Part shown: positions 63,781-64,000 of the stretch, piece after piece
Layout: each line of letters opens with the position of its first letter
Position numbering within the stretch: the stretch's first letter is position 1
Assembly: GCA_051294375.1 (NCBI GenBank)
Contig: CM119271.1
Location: forward strand, 5,236,832 to 5,300,831
DNA: 64,000 nucleotides
Source: Paraspadella gotoi
Lineage: Eukaryota; Animalia; Chaetognatha
Reading direction: 5' to 3'
The notes under the pieces: generated by a model
Database searches by the model: none
Told to the model about the DNA's origin: nothing
The model's input: only the letters and a program-made list of their open reading frames with translations
Made by a program: the position numbers and the translations under genes

Positions 63781-64000
63781 TGATCAAAAGTGATAAAAAG
63801 AAAAAAAAACCCTACTAACATAACATGACGTAACATAACACTACATCATTATGAGATGTAAAGGGTTGAATAATTAAAATACGGTAAAAGAAAGAAAGAA
63901 GATGATGATGATGATGCATAGGGAAGAAAAAAAAAGAACACGAGAGAAAAATAAAGGAAAAACATGAAATATGAAGTGGAAAGGAAAGATAAAACAGAAG

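Overview
Eukaryotic DNA, probably invertebrate: AT-rich, with (AG)n and (TCG)n microsatellites, GT-AG introns and N gaps. I found no prokaryotic genes, CRISPR arrays, rRNA or tRNA, and nearly all ORFs in the track are microsatellite noise. Two genes can be built by hand. (1) A two-exon, minus-strand gene (6874-7516) encodes a 188-aa secreted precursor with two tandem [pro-segment + C-C-CC-C-C knottin/ICK + extra 7th Cys] modules and a C-terminal Gly-Lys. It sits between two same-orientation Helentron/DINE-1-like elements. (2) A 5'-incomplete, minus-strand gene (37039-59867) with 12 phase-consistent exons encodes a single-pass immunoglobulin-superfamily protein with candidate micro-exons and a DSGxxS motif in its tail. 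About 21 kb (17340-32552 and about 37850-44030) are indel-riddled direct or inverted re-copies of neighbouring sequence. They look like long-read gap-fill artefacts from a second haplotype, and they expose several insertion and copy-number polymorphisms. Also present: MITE/foldback elements, about 178-bp and about 160-bp tandem arrays, and a perfect 49-bp intronic hairpin.
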